Shown in pieces: positions 48,949 to 56,466 of a stretch of DNA of 64,000 nucleotides (its first letter is position 1; each line of letters begins with the position of its first letter). The DNA lies in the IMG/VR virus record IMGVR_UViG_3300023174_000064, positions 64,001 through 128,000 of that record, one strand, 5' to 3'. The notes beneath the pieces are model-generated. The model ran no database searches. It was given only the letters and a program-made list of their open reading frames with translations, and had not been told where the DNA came from. A program made the translations under genes and the position numbers. The stretch is from a virus.

Positions 48949-49860
48949 GTATTCTGTCAAATACTTTTTGAGAGCAAGATCCTTTGCCTTGGTTTCCAGC
49001 ATGACGTCGTACATGCGATTCGTATTAAATTCTGGAAGAGGACCTTCAATATAATCTGAATGTGCTTGTGGACGCTTACCGGGAGCAGATTCTGAATAAT
49101 GAATCTTGGGAACCTGATCATCCGGCCAAGTGGAAAACATCATGTCTACTGCTTCGTCTACCGTTTCGTTGGAACAAAAACGGTGATGGTGATAATCGTA
49201 AACTAGGCGAATTCCACACTTAGAGTAAATCATATCGTACAATTCCTTGGGTGACCACATAGATTGCTTGTCATCATTCTCCAAAGTTAGTTGCATTTTT
49301 AATGCAGGATTCAACCGCTTAAAATTTTCACAAAAACGTTCTGCGGTAGTCTGCTTGTCTTCGTAAACACCGCCAACATGAATATTGATATTGAAATCGT
49401 GATCTTGACCAAGCAGGCTACCAATCAGTTGATGCATTTCTAGTGATCGCACAGACTTCACCACGATCGCGCTATTAGGGCTTGCAAGGCACGTATACGG
49501 CCCAGGATGGCACGACAGGCGAATACCCGCCTGACGAGCAATAGAGCCTGCTTCAACCAACTCAGACACAATATCAGTATGGTGCTCTCGTGACAAGTCT
49601 CCCAGAGTATATCCTAGTTCAGAGTGATCCATAAATGGAAAAATTTCACTGCTGACACGGAACATTTGAATTCCGTTATCACGGTTCCATTCCATGATCT
49701 TAACCAGATCCTTGCTATTTTGAAGTGCCAGTTGACCTACACGATCCAAACTAAAACCAGACATACGCAGAGTACGACTGGCAGTAATCTGATCCTTCTT
49801 CTTAACGCCTTCGTTAAGAGTAAGATTCATACAAGCATAACCAATTTTACGAACTGGCAT
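48934..49860 (-). CDS. uvsE: UV damage endonuclease
   Basis: IGYACMN, FRVSSEIFP, RLSCHPG, LTLENDD, DYHHH, HSDYI, MLETKAKD. Confidence 0.95.
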   Translation of the reverse strand: MPVRKIGYACMNLTLNEGVKKKDQITASRTLRMSGFSLDRVGQLALQNSKDLVKIMEWNRDNGIQMFRVSSEIFPFMDHSELGYTLGDLSREHHTDIVSELVEAGSIARQAGIRLSCHPGPYTCLASPNSAIVVKSVRSLEMHQLIGSLLGQDHDFNINIHVGGVYEDKQTTAERFCENFKRLNPALKMQLTLENDDKQSMWSPKELYDMIYSKCGIRLVYDYHHHRFCSNETVDEAVDMMFSTWPDDQVPKIHYSESAPGKRPQAHSDYIEGPLPEFNTNRMYDVMLETKAKDLALKKYLTEYAGVV

Positions 49861-50008
49861 TTGTTTTATTCTCTAGTTCTTTGATACGAGTTTGGAGACG
49901 CTTAATTTCTTCGTGTGCCATCAGCATGATGTCTTGCATTTCACGCCAACCAGAGTACACTTGAGTATACGCTAGTTTAAATAGTTTATTTAAATCATCA
50001 TCTGTCAT
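49847..50008 (-). CDS. Small hypothetical protein (53 aa, coiled coil)
   Basis: Hand translation MTDDDLNKLFKLAY...EEIKRLQTRIKELE. Confidence 0.5.
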   Translation of the reverse strand: MTDDDLNKLFKLAYTQVYSGWREMQDIMLMAHEEIKRLQTRIKELENKTNASS

Positions 50009-50015
50009 AATGAAG

Positions 50016-50089
50016 TGACCCCAGCGGGACTCGAACCCGCAGTCATCGCCTTGAAAGGGCGAGGATTTGGCCAGTTAATCTATGGGGCC
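50016..50089 (-). tRNA. tRNA-Glu(UUC)
   Basis: GGCCCCA...CT TTC AA...GGTTCGAGTCC...TGGGGTC A. Confidence 0.92.
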
Positions 50090-50283
50090 TTTTTGTTCTT
50101 TGTTTTGTTTGGAATTGGATCAGTCTGCTTAGGAAAACTTCCACGCATACTCTTACTAATAATCATATGGATGTTGTTTATGTCTTTTTGAGTGAACAAC
50201 ATGCCGCTGGCTGTCATGTACTTTAATACATTACGAGTAACCGTGTCCGCAAGAGTTTGTTGTTTTGATTTTCGCATAAACAT
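50080..50283 (-). CDS. Hypothetical protein
   Basis: 67-aa ORF filling the space between two tRNAs. Confidence 0.5.
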   Translation of the reverse strand: MFMRKSKQQTLADTVTRNVLKYMTASGMLFTQKDINNIHMIISKSMRGSFPKQTDPIPNKTKNKKAP

Positions 50284-50289
50284 ATTTAG

Positions 50290-50361
50290 TAGGATACCAG
50301 AGACTCGAACTCTGCAATAGATCGTTATAAGCGATCCTGTCCCACCCGAGACTTGTATCCC
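50290..50361 (-). tRNA. tRNA-Ile(UAU)
   Basis: GGGATAC AA GTC TCGGGTGG GAC AG GATCG CT TAT AA CGATC TATTG CAGAG TTCGAGT CTCTG GTATCCT A. Confidence 0.85.
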
Positions 50362-50367
50362 ATGCGC

Positions 50368-50607
50368 TTATTCTACCTCAGATTCAGCAGAAAGCAAGTT
50401 AATTCGTGACTTTTTATTAGCAATATGTCCGTTTTCATTACGAATCATGTAGTTGGACTTTTGACGGTCGTGGTCATTACCAAGACGGTAATTGATATCA
50501 GTAATGCCCATACCAATTAATTCTTCCTTATGGGCATCAAGGAAAGCAATAAACTTATTGCAAGCATCCATTGAATCTGATTCAGGTGTTGTCAGTGGAA
50601 AGTCCAT
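50368..50607 (-). CDS. Hypothetical protein
   Basis: ORF; start taken at MDFPL to limit overlap. Confidence 0.5.
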   Translation of the reverse strand: MDFPLTTPESDSMDACNKFIAFLDAHKEELIGMGITDINYRLGNDHDRQKSNYMIRNENGHIANKKSRINLLSAESEVE

Positions 50608-50776
50608 GTGCAGTCGAAACATCGATTGGCTCCTGTTCTTGTGTGATGTACTGTCTAATCTGATCTCGTAGCTGTACCATACGGCCACGAATTACTGTGA
50701 GTTGTGCACTCATCTGATCTAGTTCTGCTTGTAGCACATCTAACGCTTGTAGATCACTAGGTTTAGGTTGTCTCAT
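50582..50776 (-). CDS. Hypothetical coiled-coil protein
   Basis: ATGA overlap with the deaminase stop. Confidence 0.55.
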   Translation of the reverse strand: MRQPKPSDLQALDVLQAELDQMSAQLTVIRGRMVQLRDQIRQYITQEQEPIDVSTAHGLSTDNT

Positions 50777-51144
50777 AGAGTAATAATTCCTTGATCTGTA
50801 GTGTAATGAATTTCATGAAAGATTTCTTGACACCACGGAAGGCAAAGTTCACACGGCCTTGCAATACGAAGTTCCCCAAATCGATTAAAACGAACATTAA
50901 GGAGAGTTAGCTTCTTGTCACGAAGATTTCTAGGAACCTTACGATAAGCGTCCAGTTCGGAGTGCATTTCATCAAATGCGTATCCAATAACCTTGGCCTT
51001 TGGGTGTGTTTTAAAAAAGTTACGACCGGTTGCTACAATTCGATTCTTATGTAGAATAAAAGAAAGATGCTTCTTTTGGCGAGGCAATTCCATACAAAGA
51101 GGAAAAGCCTGCTCCAAATACTCATCAATAAGAGTGTTGGTCAT
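50773..51144 (-). CDS. Zn-dependent cytidine/dCMP deaminase-fold protein
   Basis: IVATGRN, HSE, ARPCELC motifs. Confidence 0.82.
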   Translation of the reverse strand: MTNTLIDEYLEQAFPLCMELPRQKKHLSFILHKNRIVATGRNFFKTHPKAKVIGYAFDEMHSELDAYRKVPRNLRDKKLTLLNVRFNRFGELRIARPCELCLPWCQEIFHEIHYTTDQGIITL

Positions 51145-51151
51145 AATAACT

Positions 51152-51179
51152 AATATACATCACTTCTGCTTAGAGTCAA
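51152..51179 (-). promoter_or_regulatory. Sigma70-like promoter TTGACT-16-TATATT
   Basis: 7 nt before the deaminase ATG. Confidence 0.65.
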
Positions 51180-51297
51180 TTTTTTTCGCAGACTTTTTCT
51201 TCTTTTTATTAAAGATATCGTCCCAGTTTTTGGAATACTGTTCCCAGTTTACTGGTCGATATTGATCACCTTTTCCTGCTGCGTGCTTGCCGCCCAT
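51160..51297 (-). CDS. Small phage protein MGGKHAAGKGDQYRPVNWEQYSKNWDDIF
   Basis: 45 aa; GKGD..RP....Y..NWD.IF motif common in phage small ORFs. Confidence 0.65.
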   Translation of the reverse strand: MGGKHAAGKGDQYRPVNWEQYSKNWDDIFNKKKKKSAKKIDSKQK

Positions 51298-51912
51298 TTA
51301 TTGTTCCTTTAAATCATAATAATAATTATCGTCGTCTCCGTCTATAATCCATCTATCGCTAGATCCTTCACAACGAAATATTTTATTATCTACTTTAAAA
51401 TCTGGTTTGGTTGGAAACGGTTTAGTGACAAAAGACATATGTTTCCAATAAATTCTATTATTTGGCTGTAAAGTATAACAACCATTATCCAGTTTAATCA
51501 TATGCAAACATTTATATTGTGTTGGTTCGTCACTATACGGGTTATCATACCAATCAAACGTCATGGTGTAATCTCCCCAATGTTCAGAACCATCTTTCAG
51601 TATTACTTTTGCTCTGGAATTTTTTAGGTAATCGTACACAATATTTGTACAATTAATAGAAAAACAATCCCACAATTGTAGATGATCTAGTGGAATACTG
51701 GGAGCAGATTCTTTATGACACAGCATGTGTATTGGTATTCTGCTTCTAACTAAACCATCATCAGTTAATACAGTAAATAATAAAGCAGTATCTGAATTTG
51801 ATTGAGCACCAAAAACAGTAACTTTAACAAATTCACCAACATGATCTTTATGCTGGTACATTTGTTCTTTTCTCATATAACAATAGAAATGAGGAATATT
51901 AACATTTAACAT
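51298..51912 (-). CDS. Conserved hypothetical phage protein
   Basis: MLNVNIP, LQLWDCFS, LDNGCYTLQPNNRI. Confidence 0.75.
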   Translation of the reverse strand: MLNVNIPHFYCYMRKEQMYQHKDHVGEFVKVTVFGAQSNSDTALLFTVLTDDGLVRSRIPIHMLCHKESAPSIPLDHLQLWDCFSINCTNIVYDYLKNSRAKVILKDGSEHWGDYTMTFDWYDNPYSDEPTQYKCLHMIKLDNGCYTLQPNNRIYWKHMSFVTKPFPTKPDFKVDNKIFRCEGSSDRWIIDGDDDNYYYDLKEQ

Positions 51913-51922
51913 AATATTTAAA

Positions 51923-51995
51923 CTCTCGAAACTGGACTCGAACCAGTGACCCGTGAGTTAACAGCTCACTGCTCTACCAACTGAGCTATTCGAGA
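51923..51995 (-). tRNA. tRNA-Asn(GUU)
   Basis: TCTCGAA TAGCTCAGTTGGTAGAGC...CT GTT AA...GGTTCGAGTCC. Confidence 0.95.
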
Positions 51996-52001
51996 AATTT
52001 T

Positions 52002-52277
52002 TTAATCCTTAAATCGTGTAAACTTAGGATTATTTTTGTTGTACTCTAAAACAGTTTCCTTTACGTCCATATCCGTAAGTGCTTCACTAATAGTGTTACG
52101 AATACAAAGAAGTTCATCGTAAGAGTATCCGTCAATCATTTCATCACAGTCAGTTGCTTGAAAACAAGCAAGAAATTTGCCAGGGTTCAGAGGATCTGGA
52201 AATACTGTGATCATTGGCTTACGAACATCATCAAGACGATTCACACCAGTTGCAACAAATACGTTTTGTTTATGCAT
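52002..52277 (-). CDS. Hypothetical protein
   Basis: 91-aa ORF in operon. Confidence 0.6.
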   Translation of the reverse strand: MHKQNVFVATGVNRLDDVRKPMITVFPDPLNPGKFLACFQATDCDEMIDGYSYDELLCIRNTISEALTDMDVKETVLEYNKNNPKFTRFKD

Positions 52278-52279
52278 AA

Positions 52280-52510
52280 TTAATCCTGTAAAAATTCACG
52301 TTGATTAGAATTTTCTGTTAGACGATTACGAGAATTTTCATAATCACGACGAACATTCTCTAGAATAGTACGGTTGGCATCAAACCAACCTGCACGATAC
52401 TCATCCCAATACACACCAATTTCACTAGTTGAAGGCATCTCTCTGCCTTCCATTCGGGCATCATACCCGCTTCGATACGCTTGACCGGGAACGTACTTTG
52501 GTTGACTCAT
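52280..52510 (-). CDS. Hypothetical protein
   Basis: SD AAGGAG; AY..GY...Y.AGW motif. Confidence 0.65.
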   Translation of the reverse strand: MSQPKYVPGQAYRSGYDARMEGREMPSTSEIGVYWDEYRAGWFDANRTILENVRRDYENSRNRLTENSNQREFLQD

Positions 52511-52613
52511 TTGATGACTCCTTTGATTGAGAAATATTCATTCCAAATTGTATGCCTAACAAAAATATTTGAACGCAGCACAAAAAAATTAAAGTGTAAA
52601 ACCAGTATTCCAT
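52461..52613 (-). CDS. Small membrane protein MEYWFYTLIFLCCVQIFLLGIQFG
   Basis: GAAAGGA SD; hydrophobic N-terminal helix. Confidence 0.45.
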   Translation of the reverse strand: MEYWFYTLIFLCCVQIFLLGIQFGMNISQSKESSNESTKVRSRSSVSKRV

Positions 52614-52632
52614 ACAATCCTTTCTATAAAAA

Positions 52633-52707
52633 CACACCCGGCTGGGTTCGAACCAGCGACCTTAGCATTAGAAGTGCCACGCTCTAATCCAACTGAGCTA
52701 CGGGTGT
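52633..52707 (-). tRNA. tRNA-Arg(UCU)
   Basis: ACACCCG TAGCTCAGTTGGATTAGAGC...CT TCT AA...GGTTCGAACCC. Confidence 0.95.
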
Positions 52708-52718
52708 ATGCTGATTGT

Positions 52719-53051
52719 TTAGTCAGCCCCGACTAGCTTCATGCCACCGCCTGGTGTAACAAGCTTCTTTGAAGGAGCAGAGATACCAGTCTTAAATGAC
52801 ATGTATTGAGTTTCAATTTCCTTCTCGGCCTTTAGAGTTAGCCACACAAAGTCAGCAGGAATATTCACGCCGTCCTTGGTGTCAGCAAAAGGCATCCAAC
52901 CAATAAATGCAAGACGACCATCTGGAGTGGGAACAAGGGCCATAGGATCCTTGAGGTTCCAACCAGTGTTCGTCTTGGTTGCACGGCAAAGAACGTCTTC
53001 ACCTGTCTTCATACGCATAATTAGAGTTTCAGTGTTTTCCATAGTGTTCAT
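52719..53051 (-). CDS. Conserved T4-like small protein (Sm-like fold)
   Basis: IMRMKTGEDVL, LKDPMAL, WMPFA. Confidence 0.75.
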   Translation of the reverse strand: MNTMENTETLIMRMKTGEDVLCRATKTNTGWNLKDPMALVPTPDGRLAFIGWMPFADTKDGVNIPADFVWLTLKAEKEIETQYMSFKTGISAPSKKLVTPGGGMKLVGAD

Positions 53052-53106
53052 ATTATATCTCCTAAATTAAAAAATGCAAACACAATCACAAATTTATTTA
53101 TAAAAA

Positions 53107-53136
53107 AAATCTGTCCTTTTTAAAGGGACAGATTTT
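53107..53136 (-). terminator. Intrinsic terminator after the HTH gene
   Basis: aatctgtcc...ggacagatt stem with A/T tails. Confidence 0.8.
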
Positions 53137-53163
53137 CATCGAAAAACTCAATCAAAATTTAAC

Positions 53164-53436
53164 TCAGCGAGTCTTGTAACGAGTACCGTCTGCACGGAAC
53201 TTGAACACACGACGACCCGGATGAGTGTCCTTCATGAAGTATTGGGTACGACCGGTTGAACTCATACGAGTCTCAACGCTCCAGTTACCGAACTCTTCAA
53301 CGATCTCGCGGATGTCGCTGATGGTTGCACGGAGGTTCTGCACGCCGAAACGAGCACGAGCCTCAGCAGCAGTCAGAGTACGGCCACGCTTGCTCAGATA
53401 GTTAATCACCTTGTTTTGCTTAGTAATAGTACGCAT
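53164..53436 (-). CDS. Small basic winged-helix DNA-binding protein
   Basis: KVINYL...TLTAAEARARFGVQNLRATISDIRE. Confidence 0.8.
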   Translation of the reverse strand: MRTITKQNKVINYLSKRGRTLTAAEARARFGVQNLRATISDIREIVEEFGNWSVETRMSSTGRTQYFMKDTHPGRRVFKFRADGTRYKTR

Positions 53437-53459
53437 AATAAAACCTTTCTAGAAATTTT

Positions 53460-53501
53460 AGGACATTCAGTTATTACCATTCACTGTCCTGTGATGAATG
53501 G
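53460..53501 (-). promoter_or_regulatory. Predicted H-type pseudoknot in the 5' leader of the HTH gene
   Basis: Stem 1 CCAUUCAU/GUGAAUGG; loop AGGACA pairs with downstream UGUCCU. Confidence 0.6.
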
Positions 53502-53514
53502 CTTACGTTTAGTA

Positions 53515-53542
53515 AATATACACCCAAAATAACGAGTGTCAA
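53515..53542 (-). promoter_or_regulatory. Sigma70-like promoter TTGACA-16-TATATT
   Basis: Hexamers read directly. Confidence 0.7.
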
Positions 53543-53549
53543 GAAATAA

Positions 53550-53834
53550 TTAAATCTTTTCTGCGATTTCTCGCACCTTCATCCACTCTGGACGACGGTA
53601 ATCATCCATGGGAGGAAATTGTGACTTCTTGAGAACTGGATGATTGAATGCTTGCTTCATGTCTGCCATGATCAAGTTAAGATCTTCAATATTAGCACCG
53701 AATACACTGGACTGACTCACAGTATGATCAATGGGTTCATCATCAATGTAATACACTTCATGAATACCATACCATGGAGTTTCATTAGTATCATCCACAA
53801 TAATACGGTAATTCCAAGTTAATTTTCCACTCAT
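53550..53834 (-). CDS. Conserved hypothetical phage protein
   Basis: WNYRI, YGIHEVYY, AFNHPVL motif. Confidence 0.7.
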   Translation of the reverse strand: MSGKLTWNYRIIVDDTNETPWYGIHEVYYIDDEPIDHTVSQSSVFGANIEDLNLIMADMKQAFNHPVLKKSQFPPMDDYRRPEWMKVREIAEKI

Positions 53835-54073
53835 TGCTTGTATTCCTTTCGTTCCTGATCACGCTTCTCGCAAATCAGTTGCCATTCCTTATCATCGTTT
53901 GGAAGATAAGTGGTGGCAGCAACATCAACTTCCACCACAGTGGCTCGCCAACCGTCTGGAAGAACCACAACACTGCCGTGTTTCATTTCTTCGTTCATTC
54001 GTGTAACTTCTTGATTTAAAGAACGATTAGAAATTGTATGATTTGGTCGAACTAGTAAAATCTTACGTGTCAT
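53831..54073 (-). CDS. Hypothetical protein
   Basis: Coupled ORF. Confidence 0.55.
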   Translation of the reverse strand: MTRKILLVRPNHTISNRSLNQEVTRMNEEMKHGSVVVLPDGWRATVVEVDVAATTYLPNDDKEWQLICEKRDQERKEYKQ

Positions 54074-54510
54074 TACTTTTTCCTTTTTCTAAACAGAGCC
54101 GCAATTCCTGCTGCCACAATTAATGTGAGTGAAGCAGGAGCAGGTACAGCCGCTGTTGTAGTGCCTTCAGAAGGAGTTAGTGGTACGCCCAAACAAAATC
54201 CTTCTACCTGATCAAACGCAACTGAAATACAAAACTGTTGATCAGACATCTGGTATGTTCCAACCAACTCGCCGTTTAGGTACAACTTATAGACCCAAAG
54301 ACCAACAGCTTCTCCGGTAAACATGGTATCGCTGTATGTTGCCAGCGGAACTGTATTACCGGAAATAGAACCACCAAATTCGGTGGCCATTGACAGGGCT
54401 GGCTTAAACTGAGGAGGCTGTGTATACGCTTGTGTGGTATACATTGATCCTTCGTATGCAGCCCTATGTGAGAACTGTCCTTGTCCGTAAAATGTAGATG
54501 TAAAACCCAT
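54073..54510 (-). CDS. PEP-CTERM-like sorting-domain protein
   Basis: C-terminus AVPAPASLTLIVAAGIAALFRKRKK (motif + TM helix + basic tail). Confidence 0.75.
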   Translation of the reverse strand: MGFTSTFYGQGQFSHRAAYEGSMYTTQAYTQPPQFKPALSMATEFGGSISGNTVPLATYSDTMFTGEAVGLWVYKLYLNGELVGTYQMSDQQFCISVAFDQVEGFCLGVPLTPSEGTTTAAVPAPASLTLIVAAGIAALFRKRKK

Positions 54511-54520
54511 AGTATTTAAG

Positions 54521-54603
54521 TAGGAGCGACAGGACTCGAACCTGCATGATCTTGCGACCAGAACGTTTTAAGCGTTCCGTGTATGCCATTCCACCACGCT
54601 CCC
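54521..54603 (-). tRNA. tRNA-Leu(UAA)
   Basis: GGGAGCG TGGTGGAATGGCATACAC...CT TAA AA, long variable arm, GGTTCGAGTCC. Confidence 0.93.
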
Positions 54604-54608
54604 AAAAG

Positions 54609-54681
54609 TGCCCCCTGTAGGAATTGAACCTACGACCTATAGATTAAAAGTCTACTGCTCTACCAACTGAGCTAAGAGGGC
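54609..54681 (-). tRNA. tRNA-Lys(UUU)
   Basis: GCCCTCT TAGCTCAGTTGGTAGAGC...CT TTT AA...GGTTCAATTCC. Confidence 0.95.
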
Positions 54682-54701
54682 TATTCACTTGTAACTCACA
54701 T

Positions 54702-54729
54702 AATATAGCTCAGGATTTACGGGAGTCAA
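54702..54729 (-). promoter_or_regulatory. Sigma70-like promoter TTGACT-16-TATATT for tRNA-Lys/Leu
   Basis: Hexamers read directly. Confidence 0.7.
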
Positions 54730-54732
54730 GAA

Positions 54733-55896
54733 TTATTTGTTATATGCTTGCGGATAGTAAGTGGGAAACCATTCTCCCCTTTTTTGTCTTTCACGAACAG
54801 CTTTGAATCCTGCTGGATCACCTTCTAATTCGCCTTCTGGTGTAATATTAAAAGCAAGACCAGCATCACTTTGAAACATTTTTTCCATTTGTTGCCTAGT
54901 TCTATTATCTGGTGGATGTAATAAACCAACCATACTATCTATTGCGGCGGGAGCTGCAGCTGCCATACCACCTACAACCGCACTGCCTACGCCAGACATT
55001 AAAGCTAAAGTATCAGCAGAAATTGCACCCCGTCTTGCACCACTTGGAGGTGTTTGTGGTTTCGTGGGTGTGGATGCGGAAGCTGGTGTTTGTGTTGTAG
55101 TTGGGGTTACTGGTTTTGAAACTTCTATTGTGCCTGCTCTTAATGGTCCACTAGAATAACCTTCTATTGTGCCTGCTCTTAATGGTCCACTAGAATAACC
55201 TTCTATTGTGCCTGCTCTTAATGGTCCAGAAGAAATATTTGCTGTTGCTTTTGTTGTCTGGGGGGCTAACACATGAGGAGAAAGTATAATTTTTTTGGGA
55301 TCTCTTACATTAATTATTTCATGCGGGACAACTTCTCCAATTTTTTTATCATATGCTTTTATAGCGTCTATTCCTCTTTCATCTAAAGCACTTTGTATTC
55401 GTGCTAAATAGTCAGGGTTTTTTCTATCTTTAAAATTATCTGGAATAGATATTCCCAATCGTTCGCCCACTGTTGGTATATTTTCTCCATAACCCATTTC
55501 TATTGGATTTTCTATATTAGCATACGCAGTAATAATTCTACTACCTGGTGCGTATGAATGTGTAGTTTTACTTGTTGGTGGTTTGAAAGGACGAAGATAC
55601 CATGGTTGTTTTATTTCTATACTATTTGGTATTGTTGTCAGATAACGTTCAGCATAAGTTGGACTTGAAGTCCAATATTGTCCGGGACCCCATGTATTAG
55701 TACCAAGATTATTACTTATTCTTCCTGTTTCTGCAAAATCAAAATTTGGTGTAGCAGACGTTCCACGATATAGTGGTTGAGGTAATCCGGTTTTAGGGTC
55801 TATAGCCTTTGTTCCTTTTAAACGGGTTAAAAGATCATTTACATAATTATTAAATGAATTATCAGATTCTGATAAAAATTGAATAAAGCTTTTCAT
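54733..55896 (-). CDS. Putative virion-packaged ADP-ribosyltransferase-like (ART-PolyVal-like) protein
   Basis: MKSFIQFLSE start; LYRGT...GPGQYWTSS...AERY...AYANIENP...GIDAI...EII. Confidence 0.65.
   Translation of the reverse strand: MKSFIQFLSESDNSFNNYVNDLLTRLKGTKAIDPKTGLPQPLYRGTSATPNFDFAETGRISNNLGTNTWGPGQYWTSSPTYAERYLTTIPNSIEIKQPWYLRPFKPPTSKTTHSYAPGSRIITAYANIENPIEMGYGENIPTVGERLGISIPDNFKDRKNPDYLARIQSALDERGIDAIKAYDKKIGEVVPHEIINVRDPKKIILSPHVLAPQTTKATANISSGPLRAGTIEGYSSGPLRAGTIEGYSSGPLRAGTIEVSKPVTPTTTQTPASASTPTKPQTPPSGARRGAISADTLALMSGVGSAVVGGMAAAAPAAIDSMVGLLHPPDNRTRQQMEKMFQSDAGLAFNITPEGELEGDPAGFKAVRERQKRGEWFPTYYPQAYNK
55122..55228. repeat. 39-bp tandem repeat, about 2.7 copies (SSGPLRAGTIEGY)
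   Basis: cttctattgtgcctgctcttaatggtcca at 55122, 55161, 55200. Confidence 0.95.
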
Positions 55897-55901
55897 ACTA
55901 A

Positions 55902-55909
55902 TATTTATA
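55902..55909 (-). promoter_or_regulatory. Late promoter TATAAATA
   Basis: Exact octamer 5 nt before the ATG. Confidence 0.75.
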
Positions 55910-55911
55910 AT

Positions 55912-55941
55912 AAAAAACCTCACTTTTACGTGAGGTTTTTT
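55912..55941 (-). terminator. Intrinsic terminator
   Basis: aaaaaacctcac tttt..gtgaggtttttt. Confidence 0.85.
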
Positions 55942-56037
55942 AAGAGTTATTTGTACGATTCTGTTAGACTCTAATCACAGACAACGCTGAAGTTGTAGCA
56001 CCTTCAGAAAGCTTTTATAATATAAAATAAAGTGTCT

Positions 56038-56199
56038 TTAATAATTCTTAGCAATACTAGGAAGACGACCAAGCCGTTCTAGGGCTTCGCGGGTCTTCTT
56101 CTTGGCATTTTCAGCAATAGCAAGTTGACGATCTCGCGTAGCATTACGCTTACGCTTACGGTGCTTCATGAAAACTTTACGAGTAGGTGTGTTAGCCAT
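56038..56199 (-). CDS. 53-aa very basic protein MANTPTRKVFMKHRKRKRNATRDRQLAIAENAKKKTREALERLGRLPSIAKNY
   Basis: Hand translation; has its own promoter. Confidence 0.65.
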   Translation of the reverse strand: MANTPTRKVFMKHRKRKRNATRDRQLAIAENAKKKTREALERLGRLPSIAKNY

Positions 56200-56206
56200 A
56201 ATGTTT

Positions 56207-56234
56207 ATTATATACTACGGTTTAAACAAGTCAA
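56207..56234 (-). promoter_or_regulatory. Sigma70-like promoter TTGACT-16-TATAAT
   Basis: 7 nt before the ATG at 56199. Confidence 0.75.
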
Positions 56235-56466
56235 ATAATTTATCCCAAAATCTTTTAATAAAATTTGGAAATCCTAGAGGTCCTCGTTGTAGGCTGTACT
56301 GCCAACCAGACAGATCTGTGGCTCTCATAAACTCTTCGGCACTCATTCTGGAGGACTGAGTGGAAATGCTTCTCCACAGCTTAACTTCATTAGACAACAC
56401 CTTGATCTGCTTTAACAGCAGTTCTTGGTATTGTGTATGAAGGTCTCGGCAGTTTTTATCACACAT
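56215..56466 (-). CDS. Hypothetical protein
   Basis: TAATG overlap with guaC. Confidence 0.55.
   Translation of the reverse strand: MCDKNCRDLHTQYQELLLKQIKVLSNEVKLWRSISTQSSRMSAEEFMRATDLSGWQYSLQRGPLGFPNFIKRFWDKLFDLFKP

Noticed and set aside
55122-55228. Possible CRISPR mini-array
   Set aside because: Head-to-tail in-frame coding repeats with no unique spacers; no cas genes
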